The notes under the pieces are model-generated. The model did no database searches and was not told the DNA's origin. It worked only from the letters and a program-made list of their open reading frames with translations. Source: Octopus vulgaris (Eukaryota). Taken from it: 64,000 bases of DNA. The DNA is taken from the NCBI GenBank assembly GCA_951406725.2, contig OX597823.1, positions 19,654,001-19,718,000 of the forward strand, written 5' to 3'. The translations under genes were made by a program, and so were the position numbers. Shown here in pieces: positions 40,984 to 53,834 of the stretch (its first letter is position 1; each line of letters starts with the position of its first letter).

Positions 40984-42251
40984 TAATCCTATCTAGTACA
41001 TAATATTCTATAATTATAAACATAATTATAATTAAGGGTCAGCAAATTGCTTCGCCACGTACCGAATTTAGAAACTCTTTTTTCTAAATTCGGTGCATGG
41101 CGAAACAATTAGCTGACCCCTGATTATAATTATGTTTCTTTCGGGGTCGATAAATTAAGTACCAGTTACGCACTGGGGTCGATGTAATCGACTTAATCCT
41201 TTTGTCTGCCCTTGTTTGTCCCCTCTGTGTTTAGCCCCTTGTGGGTAGTAAAGAAATAGGTATGATATAGTATATGCAACCTATCTTGTTCATATTTAAA
41301 CAGGGCTAATTTAACTCGATTAAATTTACTCACAAGACATTGTGTCGGTTCGGAGCTATTATAGGATTGAACCTAAAACCGCGTGGTTGTAAAGCTAACT
41401 CCTTAACCTCACAGCCAAGACTGCCTAATTGATAATTCATTATTTATCATTTAACTCGTTAAAGACACTCTGGTTGGAAATAAATCACTCGTGACTCAAT
41501 TTCATAAAAAATGAGTTAGAAGATTCACGACTGTGTGGTTAAGAAGTTCGTTTTACAAATCTGCTGTTTTTGGGTTCAATATCAAACGGTTGCACCTTGG
41601 AAAAGGTATCTTGTTCTATTGCCTCGTGTTGATCAGCTCCTTGTGAGTAAAACCTGGTTATTGTTTCTACTGCACCACGTCAATAAGCCCTCATTGAGTA
41701 GAACTAACTTCGAAGACGTTCCAGTTGTGACCATCCCATCTTTTACCCATGTGCAAACCACATCATCCTATCATCTAATAAAATAAAATAAACCCCAAAA
41801 CAAAAAAGCCCAGTACCTGGCGCCGACTTGTTTTGACTAAAACACTTCAAAGCGGTGCCCGATCATGGCTGCAATCCAATGACTTTAACAAGCAAAAGAG
41901 AAAAGATGAAAGATAATAAATGAAGAAATAATAAATAAAAAACTCCGAAATTACGACGCTTTGTAATGTCTGGAATGCTATTCTACGTTTATATTACACG
42001 AGAACGGGCAGGAAATACAGAGATAAATTTGTTAAATATAGTGCAGTGTCATTATTTGATGGGTCAACATTCCAGAGACCCTTTTCCCCCATTGGCACTG
42101 ATCCCTATGAAGCCAAACACCGCTGCCAGCCAAAGACGATTTCCTGTTCGCTTTAACAGCCGTGGGATTTACTTTAATCAGTTATCAACAGCAAAAGAAT
42201 GTGACGAAGTAACCGAAAGAGCTAAAGTTTTGAAAGGGTCTGTTTTGCACG

Positions 42252-42331
<80 letters not shown>

Positions 42332-42843
42332 TACGTACAGAAAATGAAATAGATTGGTAGATGTGTATTTGTTTTGCAAGGTACGTCGAGAAGGGATGAG
42401 CGGGGTACATTGGCCAATAAAAAGGCTCAACTTATTTTAATTGTTATCATCAGTCAATCACTTTCACTAATTAGTAAATTAACAAATCAATTATTTAATG
42501 ATTCATCAATCAAAAAGTTAAGTTTACGATTATCACTCGACTAATATAATAAAAAGAAGCGAAATACAACTAGTGTGTGATATAGTTGACAAAATGACCC
42601 TCCCAAAGGGCAACAAACCGATCCTTTCTTTATTGGGAAAAAAATATTGAAATGCAATTAAATAATAACACACAAACACATACACACACATACATACACA
42701 CACATATACACACTCACACATACATAAATATATACATAATACATGCGTACATTCGTGTTTGTCTTCATATATGTAAGACTTGCATATATATTATTTATAT
42801 TATTTCCAATTGACGGATTTTTCTCCTCATCTTGTTTGTTATT

Positions 42844-42889
42844 AACGCAACATTTCGGCTGATATACCCTCCAGCCTTCATCAGGTGTC
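42844..42889 (-). ncRNA. Minimal type I hammerhead ribozyme motif (Penelope-like), slightly decayed
   Basis: gacac-CUGAUGA-a-ggcug(loop)cagcc-GAAA-uGUU-gcguu. One C>T change separates GAAAUGUU from the palindromic GAAACGUU. Lies next to (GTT)n(CTT)n. Confidence 0.65.
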
Positions 42890-42937
42890 TTGGGGGAAAT
42901 TTCGAACATGGGTTCTCATTCCTAAGTTGCTTTTCGA

Positions 42938-43096
<159 letters not shown>

Positions 43097-43188
43097 TCGT
43101 TTAATGTTGGTCATGTACTAACCTGCATATATATATATATATGTATATACTTACACATATATACATACACACCATATACACATATACA

Positions 43189-43244
<56 letters not shown>

Positions 43245-43487
43245 TGTATGAATATATGTATGTATATATAATTTAAAAATAGGATAAAATCTTTATAAGA
43301 GTTTATCAAGTAGTTTTCCATAAATCAACTATCGTAAAAATTTTATGATGACCTCACATTTTCTATGTATATGTGTGTACCTTAAAAGACGTCAATCATC
43401 ACGACACACACCTTCACTCACTCACTCTATCTCTCTTTCTCACCCTCTTTCTCTCTCACATACACACGCGCAAGCACGCACGCACGT

Positions 43488-43564
<77 letters not shown>

Positions 43565-43884
43565 TGCACACACACGTCCGTTTCATATATCTCTTTCAAT
43601 TTCTGCTCTCTGCAAATAAATTTTTTACGGATACAACTGCTTACAAAAATAGGGATTAATGTATAATTTTTATTCTATGTTCATAATTTAAATCAGTGTC
43701 TTAATGATTAGACAGTTTGTCCAATAGAATAGCTCTCAGAAACAGACTACGTACAAATTCGTTCTTCACATCTCCTGAAACTGTTTTCTGACAAGTGGTG
43801 GGGAGTCAGGAAATTTTCGTACAGCTGGAGGCTCCAATCGAAACAGGGGGTCCGAAATGATAAGGTTGAGAAACGCTGTTATAG

Positions 43885-44013
<129 letters not shown>

Positions 44014-44672
44014 TGATAGATAGATACATAAAACTTACTTATATGTATGTATATATGCATAAAACTTACTTATATATGTATGTATATATGCATATATACA
44101 TACATATATGTACATACCTACATATATATGTATATATATACATGCATATATGGGTACAAGACATAAAAAAAAACGTTGAACACAATGAGAAATGAAAACA
44201 TAAAAACAAAAACATAGAAAACGAACTTATTTTCGAACAACGAAAAACAAACAAACAGAGAAACGAGACATACAACATAAAGATTATTCCTCTTCTTCAG
44301 TTCTCCCTGTTTCATCTACTCTGTGTTACGAAGGCAAGGACAAGACGCGACTTCGTTGAAACAGTCCTTCCCGCAAAGCCAATTAAATAGAATTTGGGAT
44401 TTTTTGCGGAGGGTGAAAGTGGTAACAAGAATAGGACAGTGAGAACAATACAGTAAAAACAACGTATATATATATATATACATATATACACACAGACGGG
44501 TACTACATGAGTTCCTGCATCGCTAAAAATAGAAGTCAAAAATACTTCTGTACCTCGACTTTATTGTTCACTGGATTTTTTTCTACCATGCCTGTATGTA
44601 TTTTGTGACTTTTCCGTGGCACAAATGTATTTTTGACTTCTATTTTTAGCGCAGGTACTCATGTAGTACCTT

Positions 44673-44768
<96 letters not shown>

Positions 44769-44953
44769 ATATTTTTTATATTTTATATTTTGTATTAATT
44801 AATTTTATTTCTATGTATTGACTTATGATTTTCCTTGTTTGATTTGCCTAAAAGTGGTTTTATCTCTAATTTAATATAATATAATATAATATAATATAAT
44901 ATAATATAATATAATATATATATAACCTGGCTTCATCAAACCCAAGCTCGCAG

Positions 44954-46984
44954 ATGGGACTACCCACAATATACAAGACCACCACAGCAAACAGACCCAA
45001 GGTGGACACCGCCGGCAACAGCATACACCTCACCTCGATGCTCCTACTGAACATCAGAGGACTGCAAACACTCAGTAACAGGACAAAAATCCCGTTCTTG
45101 AGAGACTTTGTTGCATGCAATCGAGCCTTATGCATAGCATTTACGGAAACGCACCTGAAACCGGACATAGCAGATGCGGAATTACACATACCACAGTATG
45201 TTGTACTGTGGACCGACAGAAAAGAAAGGAGTCATGGAGGAGTTGCTATGTACATCCGTGAGGACCTCACACCCCAGGTCCTTTTGTCATACTCAAACTC
45301 GGTGTGTGACACACTAATTGTACATATAAGGCAACTTGATGTAGTTGTGTGTGCTACATATCGCCCTCCAGATGCCCCAAGTCATGTAGGCAAGTTTGAA
45401 GACTGCCTTATAAAAATAGAAGAAGTTCTAATCACATTAGAACAACACATAAGTGTACTTCTTATGGGAGACTTCAATCTACCCAATGTCAGATGGCCCG
45501 AGGGCCTTTCTCTCCCAGGAATGACAAGATGTGAACGAGGACAGGCGAGGTCCCTCCTGAACCTCATCAACACCCTGTACATGGAGCAAGTAATACTCCA
45601 ACCAACCAGGGCAGGTAACACACTGGATCTCTGCTTCACAAATAATATGGAACTCATCCATAATGTGAAAGTGACACCGACACTACTCTCGGATCACAAC
45701 ATGGTAGAGCTGACCATGTACGGGCCAAAGGAAAGCATGGACATGCAGCCTACAAGAAACCCTCAGAATCTTTCCAGCTTGAACTTCCATAAGGCAAACT
45801 GGAAACAAATTGAGAAAGAGATCCTCAAACAAAACTGGCCTGAATGTCTCTCCTCGCCAGACATCGACGTGAAACTTCAACAATTCATGTCTGTAATGCA
45901 AGCCATATGCTACAAATGTGTCCCAGAGAGAAAGGCCACTGTACACAAGAACAAAATCCCCAGAGAGAGGAAAATTTTAATGAGACGGCGTACAAAAATT
46001 TCAAATCGCCTAAACAAACAAATTGAAAGCAGTGAAAAGCCCCGCCTGAAAATAAAACTGTTGGAAATTGAAAAATGTCTGCAACACTCCCATGAAAAGG
46101 AAAGAGCAGACAAAGAAGCCTGGGCTATAGACAACATTAAATCTAACCCCAGAGCTTTCTACAGGTATGCCAAAGAAACAGCTACGGTGCACTGTAGGAT
46201 AGGGCCACTCATTGAAAAGGATGGCACACTCACAGGAAAACCAATGAGGGTAAGTGAAATACTGAATGAGCAATTCAAGAGTGTTTTCACACTACCCCTT
46301 GGGCATTTCCAAATCACCAATCCAACTGACTTCTTTACCACTGCAAATATAAAATCAGAGGCGGCGACGATAAATTACATCGATATAAAGGAAGACGATG
46401 TAATAAAGGCTATAGATGAAATGAAAACAGACTCAGCTACTGGCCCCGATGGATTCCCGGCAATCCTCCTAAAAGTATGTAAGAGAGTCCTAGCAAGACC
46501 ACTGCAGTTCCTCTTTCAGAGCTTCCTTGCAGCTGGCAAACTTCCAAGAAAACTGAAGGAAGGTAAAATATGCCCTATTCATAAAGGAGGTAGCAGAGCG
46601 GAGGCCAAGAACTACAGACCTATCTCTCTGACCTCACACATCAGCAAGGTCATGGAACGAATAGTCAGAAGGAAACTGATCACCTTCCTTGAAGAAAATG
46701 ACTTGCTGCCTGACACCCAACATGGTTTCCGACCAGGGAGAAGCTGCTTAACTCAGCTCCTACAACACTATGACTGGGTGCTGAAACGACTGCTCAACCA
46801 CTCAAATGTGGAAGTGATATATCTCGACCTTGCAAAGGCCTTTGATAAAGTCGATCATGGAATGATATGTCACAAACTGCGTGATCTCAGCATTGTTGGA
46901 AAACTGGGAGAATGGCTTCATGACTTTCTGAAAGATAGAAGTCAGGTGGTAGTAGCCTCAACACTTCCATTAACACGCAAATAG
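44954..46984 (+). CDS. LINE ORF2 N-terminal part (endonuclease + RT N-half)
   Basis: 676-aa ORF with the endonuclease and RT motifs listed for the element; ends at a frameshift at ~46955-46984. Confidence 0.85.
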   Translation: MGLPTIYKTTTANRPKVDTAGNSIHLTSMLLLNIRGLQTLSNRTKIPFLRDFVACNRALCIAFTETHLKPDIADAELHIPQYVVLWTDRKERSHGGVAMYIREDLTPQVLLSYSNSVCDTLIVHIRQLDVVVCATYRPPDAPSHVGKFEDCLIKIEEVLITLEQHISVLLMGDFNLPNVRWPEGLSLPGMTRCERGQARSLLNLINTLYMEQVILQPTRAGNTLDLCFTNNMELIHNVKVTPTLLSDHNMVELTMYGPKESMDMQPTRNPQNLSSLNFHKANWKQIEKEILKQNWPECLSSPDIDVKLQQFMSVMQAICYKCVPERKATVHKNKIPRERKILMRRRTKISNRLNKQIESSEKPRLKIKLLEIEKCLQHSHEKERADKEAWAIDNIKSNPRAFYRYAKETATVHCRIGPLIEKDGTLTGKPMRVSEILNEQFKSVFTLPLGHFQITNPTDFFTTANIKSEAATINYIDIKEDDVIKAIDEMKTDSATGPDGFPAILLKVCKRVLARPLQFLFQSFLAAGKLPRKLKEGKICPIHKGGSRAEAKNYRPISLTSHISKVMERIVRRKLITFLEENDLLPDTQHGFRPGRSCLTQLLQHYDWVLKRLLNHSNVEVIYLDLAKAFDKVDHGMICHKLRDLSIVGKLGEWLHDFLKDRSQVVVASTLPLTRK

Positions 46985-48082
46985 TGAGCGGTGTTCCACA
47001 GGGCACTGTTTTGGGACCACTACTGTTCATAATGGCCCTCTCAGACATGCCCTCAGCCACGCAGAGAGCCACGATCACAAGTTATGCAGATGATACAAAA
47101 GTTTCACAGGCAATACAGAACCCTGAGGACACTAAACGCCTGCAATGTGAGCTGGACAAAATATACAAGTGGGCTGAAAAGAATAGCATGCAGTTCAATG
47201 CTGAAAAGTTTCAAGCTTTATACTATCAGCATGCGAAACTAAATGCAATATCCAATGAATACACTGGACCCGGAGGAATTGCAATCCCAGAGGCACAATC
47301 AGTGCGTGACCTGGGTATTTACATGAGTGATGACGCAACCTTTCGTGTGCATGTTGCTAAATTGGCAATGAAATGTAGACGACTGGCCGGATGGATTCTC
47401 AGAACCTTTAGAACAAGAGAACACGAAACCATGATGGTCCTCTGGAGGACACTTGTCCTAAGCCACTTTGACTATTGCTCTCAGCTATGGTCACCATCCA
47501 GTGCCAAGTTGATCACAGAACTTGAGGCGATCCAACGTAGCTACACGAAGAAGATAGCCTCTATGCAGAATATAAGCTACTGGGAAAGACTCAAGAGATT
47601 AAAACTCTATTCCTTGGAGCGTAGGCGAGAAAGATATGCCATAATATACATCTGGAAGATCTTGGAGGGACTTGTCCCAAACTTTGGCATCGAGAGTTAC
47701 ACAAATGCCAGAACTGGGCGCCACTGCATGGTGCCTAGGACTCCAAATTTGCCATCAAGATGTAGGACAAGATACTGTGATAGCCTGGGCTTCCGAGGTC
47801 CACAGCTCTTCAATATCCTCCCGAAGAACCTAAGAGACCTGCATGGGGTGGATGCAGATGTCTTTAAAATGAAACTGGATCTCTTCCTGTCAGGTATCCC
47901 AGATGAACCAACTTCACGGCAGGAGGTGCAGATGAGGGCAGCTGCATCGAACTCTCTCATGCACCAAATGGCAGTTGCTAAAAGCATCCGTGAAGTAAAA
48001 CCATGTAGCAACACCAAATGGCGGTGCCCCAGCATGGCCACAGCTCATGAGCTGAAACTAGGATCAATCAATCAATCAATCA
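46984..48082 (+). CDS. LINE ORF2 C-terminal part (RT GVPQG/YADD and C-terminal domain), shifted frame
   Basis: [14 protein letters not shown]...YADDTK...[20 protein letters not shown]; no stop codon before the tail. Confidence 0.85.
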
Positions 48083-48105
48083 ATATATATATATATAAGC
48101 ACATG

Positions 48106-48343
<238 letters not shown>

Positions 48344-48532
48344 TATATAAAAGGGCTTAGTAAAATAAATTACTTCGCCGCATACTGAACTCATTAGAAA
48401 TAGCAGCTAAAAAACTTTTTTAAAGCTATTTCTAATACTTAAAGAAAATCTCTCTCATATATAGCGTTTGCCTAATTCAACTCACAAAAGTTTGGGGGTA
48501 AGGACATTAAAAAATCAAATGCTAAGGTTATT

Positions 48533-48584
48533 TGAGTACGTACGTTTCAAGATTAGTCAAAACAACACTTCTATCTTCAGCTCA
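48533..48584 (-). ncRNA. Type I hammerhead ribozyme motif (inverted copy)
   Basis: Exact reverse complement of 49024-49075. Confidence 0.7.
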
Positions 48585-49023
48585 GAAATTCCTTGGTTTG
48601 GATATGAGAGAGATTTTCTTTAAGTATTAGAAATAGCTTTAAAAAAGTTTTTTAGCTGCTATTTCTAATGAGTTCAGTATGCGGCGAAGTAATTTATTTT
48701 ACTAAGCCCTTTTATATAATGTAATAATTTGAATTCGCCTTAAATGGTCCCTTTGCATACTGAACACTTGGTGAAATTGATTAATAATTAATTAATTTTA
48801 CCCTCAATTGTTGAAATTATAATTAATCTCCCTCTAATTAATGCTTCGGATTTTACCGAAATAAGCATAGCGTTTGATGATTTTAACCCACGCTGGTGGA
48901 AAGGGGAGGACAGAAATTCTTCACTTGCTTATTTTGGGTTTGTTGGCACTGTTAGTAACGAGCGAATCTTCGAAAGGGTATGTTCTTACTTTCAGTGTTT
49001 CCAAATCCAAACCAAGGAATTTC

Positions 49024-49075
49024 TGAGCTGAAGATAGAAGTGTTGTTTTGACTAATCTTGAAACGTACGTACTCA
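49024..49075 (+). ncRNA. Type I hammerhead ribozyme motif with palindromic stem III
   Basis: ugag-CUGAAGA-uaga...ucuu-GAAAcguacGUA-cuca; ACGUACGU palindrome; cleavage after 49071. Confidence 0.7.
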
Positions 49076-49358
49076 AATAACCTTAGCATTTGATTTTTTA
49101 ATGTCCTTACCCCCAAACTTTTGTGAGTTGAATTAGGCAAACGCTATATATGAGAGAGATTTTCTTTAAGTATTAGAAATAGCTTTAAAAAGTTTTTTAG
49201 CTGCTATTTCTAATGAGTTCAGTATGCGGCGAAGTAATTTATTTTACTAAGCCCTTTTATATAATGTAATAATTTGAATTCGCCTTAAATGGTCCCTTTG
49301 CATACTGAACACTTGGTGAAATTGATTAATAATTAATTAATTTTACCCTCAATTGTTG

Positions 49359-49409
<51 letters not shown>

Positions 49410-50594
49410 TATAATTCCGGCCATTGTAATCAACAAAAATGCACCGTCCATGCAGCATCACGATTTCCAGGCCCAACACAGAGATCAGAGTTGGCATGAA
49501 TATTGCCCAAACCGTGAATCATACCTGGCCTAGAGTTTAAGATGCTGGAATAGCAATCATTCGATTATTAGAGTGGGTGGTGCTTTTTTTTTTCTCGAGC
49601 AAGGCACTTCATTTTATATTGCATCAGTCTGTATAGCTGAATATGAGTACCAGCCTAGTCTTGGTGCAACCCAGATTTTCCCTTCAGCTACCATATCTTT
49701 GATGTTGTTCCAGGCTCAGTGTTGAGGGCTGAAAGGGTTTCTATGCCTGCTCGCAACTATACTGGTACTTAAAGCAATTAACGACAGCAGAGCACATGGT
49801 GCCAGGTCACACTCTTTTACGAGTGATGACTATGTATGTATGAATGTTTGTGTGTATATATGCATCTATGTATATTTTATCTATATACACGCACGCGCGC
49901 ACACACACACCTATACATATATATGTATGTACATGCTGCTATCCACTATTTCATTGTCGTAGGTGTAGTCATTTCTTTCCGGTTAATTGAGAGTGTGTCT
50001 TAAAGACAACGAACTTGTAAACAACAGGTAAAAGTATCTGAAGAAGAGGAAAGCTGAGCATATATCTAATACTTCAGAGTTACATAACTCTCGTTCGGTT
50101 TTCCTTTGAAACATATGTAGTACGTATTTACCTTCTCCATTCCCTACACCTGTCGACATACAAATACTCCGAACACTCTTAATCTTTTTCTTATCTCGAA
50201 ACCTAATCTGGTCTCCGCCAATTCAACGTGTTTCCCCGTTAATTGACTAAAGAGCCACAGATGGTGTTAACTGAACACTGAGAAATTAATATTATGAAAT
50301 CTCTGTTATAAAGAAATATTCCAGTGAAATTTAAAAAAAATGGAATAGAAAATACCCACGCCTACAGTACCATGCTTGGCAAATACGCCTTTTTATTATT
50401 ATCAAATGCTTATTACACTTTTGACGCCAACCATCTCAAGACTGCTTCTGGCTCTATACTACAAACTTCCTGTTTTAAAATGTTCTAAATTAAAACCTCA
50501 CATGAAAATTTCCTGTCAAGTTATGTTCCAAACACTAGCTTGGTAATGGCAGATACTTTTCTAAATTCATCATTATTTTAAAAATAGTAGTGTA

Positions 50595-50997
50595 CTAGCA
50601 GCATAGCCCGGCATTGCCCGGGTATGTAAGAGCCCCTAGTAGGCAACGACTAATCCCAATCTAGTTCTTTCCCTCTAGGGAACGAAGGCGCATGTGTAGG
50701 TTGCAATGTCTTCTCTTCACTCGAATACTTCTATGTATACGATGTTCCTAGCTGTCTCCCGACAGAAAATGTGTTGCATATAAAAAGCTTAGATTCTCGA
50801 CCCCATGTCGAATTTATCGATTTTTTTTTCAGAACTGGGGGAACTTTTCAAAATTTTCGCTGCGTTAGTTTTGAATTATGACATTGGGCTATGTGTGTGT
50901 CAAGTTTCATCAGAATCGATTGAAAGCCGTGGTCAGGGTGAGGGTACAACCTTGACAGCTACACAGACAGACAAACTGCCGTTTATATATAGAGAGA
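50595..50997 (-). mobile_element. Non-autonomous Helitron
   Basis: A|TC start; hairpin cccgggcaatgccggg followed by a CTAG|T end. Confidence 0.75.
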
Positions 50998-51684
50998 TTT
51001 CAACAGAAATATAATAATAAAATAGTTATTAAGATCCCCACTCATGGATATTCATTTGAAAAACATCGTAAATTGTAAGCATTCATGTTGGCACCAAATA
51101 TTCGAATGTTTACCCCGCAAAAATAAATAAATATATAAATTTTTTAAAATGACACAAACCAAAAGTTACTAAAATGTATAATTTCTTGTTTTAATATCGT
51201 AAATTCGGTAAATTCCGCTGCGGCTAACTTTACCTTTCATCCTACTGGTGTCGATAAAACAAATACTACTTGAGTGCAGGCAGGGGTCAATGTAACCTAT
51301 GTAACTTCTTCCCGAAACTGTTGGCCTTGTGCCAAAATCTGAGATCAATATCAATAACTAGGTGACCACGTGCCGTTGATAATGACGGCTAATTGTAGTA
51401 TTGTATATATAAATAAGTTACAAAATAAGGTACATAATAATCACACATACAAACGTTCACATACTTCCCTTCTACGCGAACACACATACACACATATACT
51501 CACACAGAGTTGAAACGCTGATTTTTTTTCACCCCTTCCTTTCTTATTCATCTATCACCCCTTCCTTTCTCTCATTGCTATTACTTTCTCTCACTCCCTC
51601 TCAGTCAGGGCTATTACTCTCAATACTTTTCCTTCACTGAATTACTATTTTCTCTTCCCCTCCGCGTCCAGCGTGATTCTTGAC

Positions 51685-51761
<77 letters not shown>

Positions 51762-52090
51762 GTGTGTGTGTGTGTGTGTGCGTGCTTGTGTGTGTGTCTG
51801 TGTATATATATAAATACTACGTTCACTATTATATTAGGAGATTACGTTTTCCAAATTAAGCGTAATAATATTTTTTAATATATTCAATAAAATTTCCTTT
51901 AATTCTGCCTTATTAGAGTGCACTGAATTCAATGTGGCCTTCAAACGTTGCGCCATATCTTAGCCTCCTGTTTTGCGAGTTGTGAGATGAAGGAGGCCAT
52001 CTGCTGTCAACGAAACGAAAAAAGCTACTGCATTAGACAGTTTCACAATGTACATAATACGGGCGCGTGCACCACTCACATACACATATA

Positions 52091-52128
<38 letters not shown>

Positions 52129-52146
52129 TGTATGATTCTGGGGATG

Positions 52147-52189
<43 letters not shown>

Positions 52190-52364
52190 GTCTGGGGAGA
52201 GTGATTCTGTTTTACGCACAAAGTTCAATTTCCACTCATATACTTGTTTCATTTTTTAAAGAAAATTTTCGTTGCTTGTTGCAGGCTCTTCGATAGTTGC
52301 TGACACTGTCCATTATCGGAGCTGCCTTGTTTGTTGTTTGTTTGTGCACGTGTGTGCACGTATA

Positions 52365-52526
52365 GGCGTAGGAGTGACTGTGTGGTAAGTAGCTTGCTTA
52401 CCAATCACATGGTTCCGGTTTCAGTCCCACTGCGTGGCACCTTGGGCATGTGTCTTCTACTATAGCCTCGGGCCGACCAAAGCCTTGTGAGTGGATTTAG
52501 TAGACGGAAACTGAAAGAAGCCCGTC

Positions 52527-52575
<49 letters not shown>

Positions 52576-52780
52576 AGTGTATATGTTTATGTCTGTGCTT
52601 GTCCCTCCAACATCGCTTGAGAGCTGATACGTCCCCGTAACTTAGCGATTCGACAAAAAGAGGCCGATAGAATAATAGGCTTCCAAAGAATAAGTCCTGG
52701 GGTAGATTTGCAAGACTAAAGGCAGTGCTCCAGCATGGCCACCGTCAAATAACTGAAACAAGTAAAAGAGAGTAAAGAGT
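52365..52780 (+). mobile_element. SINE family A, full length
   Basis: Runs from the head ggcgtaggagtgactgtgtggtaag to the tail aagtaaaagag. Confidence 0.9.
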
Positions 52781-53050
52781 CTGTGCGTCAGTGTACATGT
52801 ATATACACCTATGTATGTATGTATGTATGTATGTATGTATGTATGTATGTATGTATGTATGTATGTATGGATAGATGGATGCGTGTGTGTGTATGCATAT
52901 ATAAATATATGCGTGTATGTACGTTTCTATGTATGTATTCTGCTTATTCATGTACTTGTGTTCATGTATGTATGTATGTTCATGTGTCTGTGTGTGTGTG
53001 TGAGTATGCGTGTCTGTCCGTATTACCTATGTACCTATCTCTCTATCTGT

Positions 53051-53369
53051 GAGGGCGCGTGGCTTAGTGGTTAGGGCATTCGGCTCATGATCGTAAGGTT
53101 GTGAGTTCGATTCCCGGCGACGCGTTGTGTCCTTGAGCAAGACACTTTATTTCACGTTGCTCCAGTCCACTCAGCTGGCAAAAATGAGTTGTACTTGTAT
53201 TTCAAAGGGTCAGCCTTGTCACTCTCTGTGTCACGCTGATTATCCCCGAGAACTACGTTAAGGGTACACGTGTCTGTGGAATGCTCAGCCATTTGCACGT
53301 TAATTTCACGAGCAAGCTGTTCCGTTGATCGTATCAGCTGGGACCCTCGTCGTCGTAACCGGCGGAGTC
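53051..53369 (+). mobile_element. tRNA-derived SINE, head H2 + tail T1
   Basis: A/B boxes and a gtgtccttgagcaagacactt core; the tail matches the 8657 and 20695 copies. Confidence 0.85.
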
Positions 53370-53834
53370 TTTTTTTTTATCTCTCTATCTATTTATCTAT
53401 CTCTTTACAAAGTGTCTTTGTTAGTTTCCCGATACAAAATATCTTGAAAGTGAAAAATGGGATCTGTTGCGTTCTTCGGTGTTTGTGCGTTGATCTAAGA
53501 ACAATTATGTATAAATGGTCTAAGAACACTTATTTCTGTATAAGAACACTTATGTATAAATGGTGGCAGGGAAAATACATTTATTCTAAAACTAAATTAT
53601 CATGCATCATTCACTTAAGATTTCATGAAAAAAACAAAACAAAACAAAACAAATTTGCAGGTATGTGTAAGTGTAGGCACGGCTGCGCGATTCAGAAACT
53701 CGTTTTGCAACCATATGGTTTCAGGTTCTGCACCAAAGCGCGGCATCTTAAGTAAAAGTGTCTTCTATTATAGCCCCGGGCCAACTAATGCCTTGTGAAA
53801 AAATTTGATAGACAAAAACCGTGACAGACTCAAA

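Larger units (their letters stand above)
44926..48082 (+). mobile_element. Nearly intact CR1/L2-group LINE (AP-endonuclease + RT ORF2), 5'-truncated, one frameshift
   Basis: Endonuclease motifs LNIRGL, FTETHL, YRPP, GDFN, LDL and SDHN; RT motifs [34 protein letters not shown] and YADD; (ATCA)n tail; flanked by (TA)n. Confidence 0.95.
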
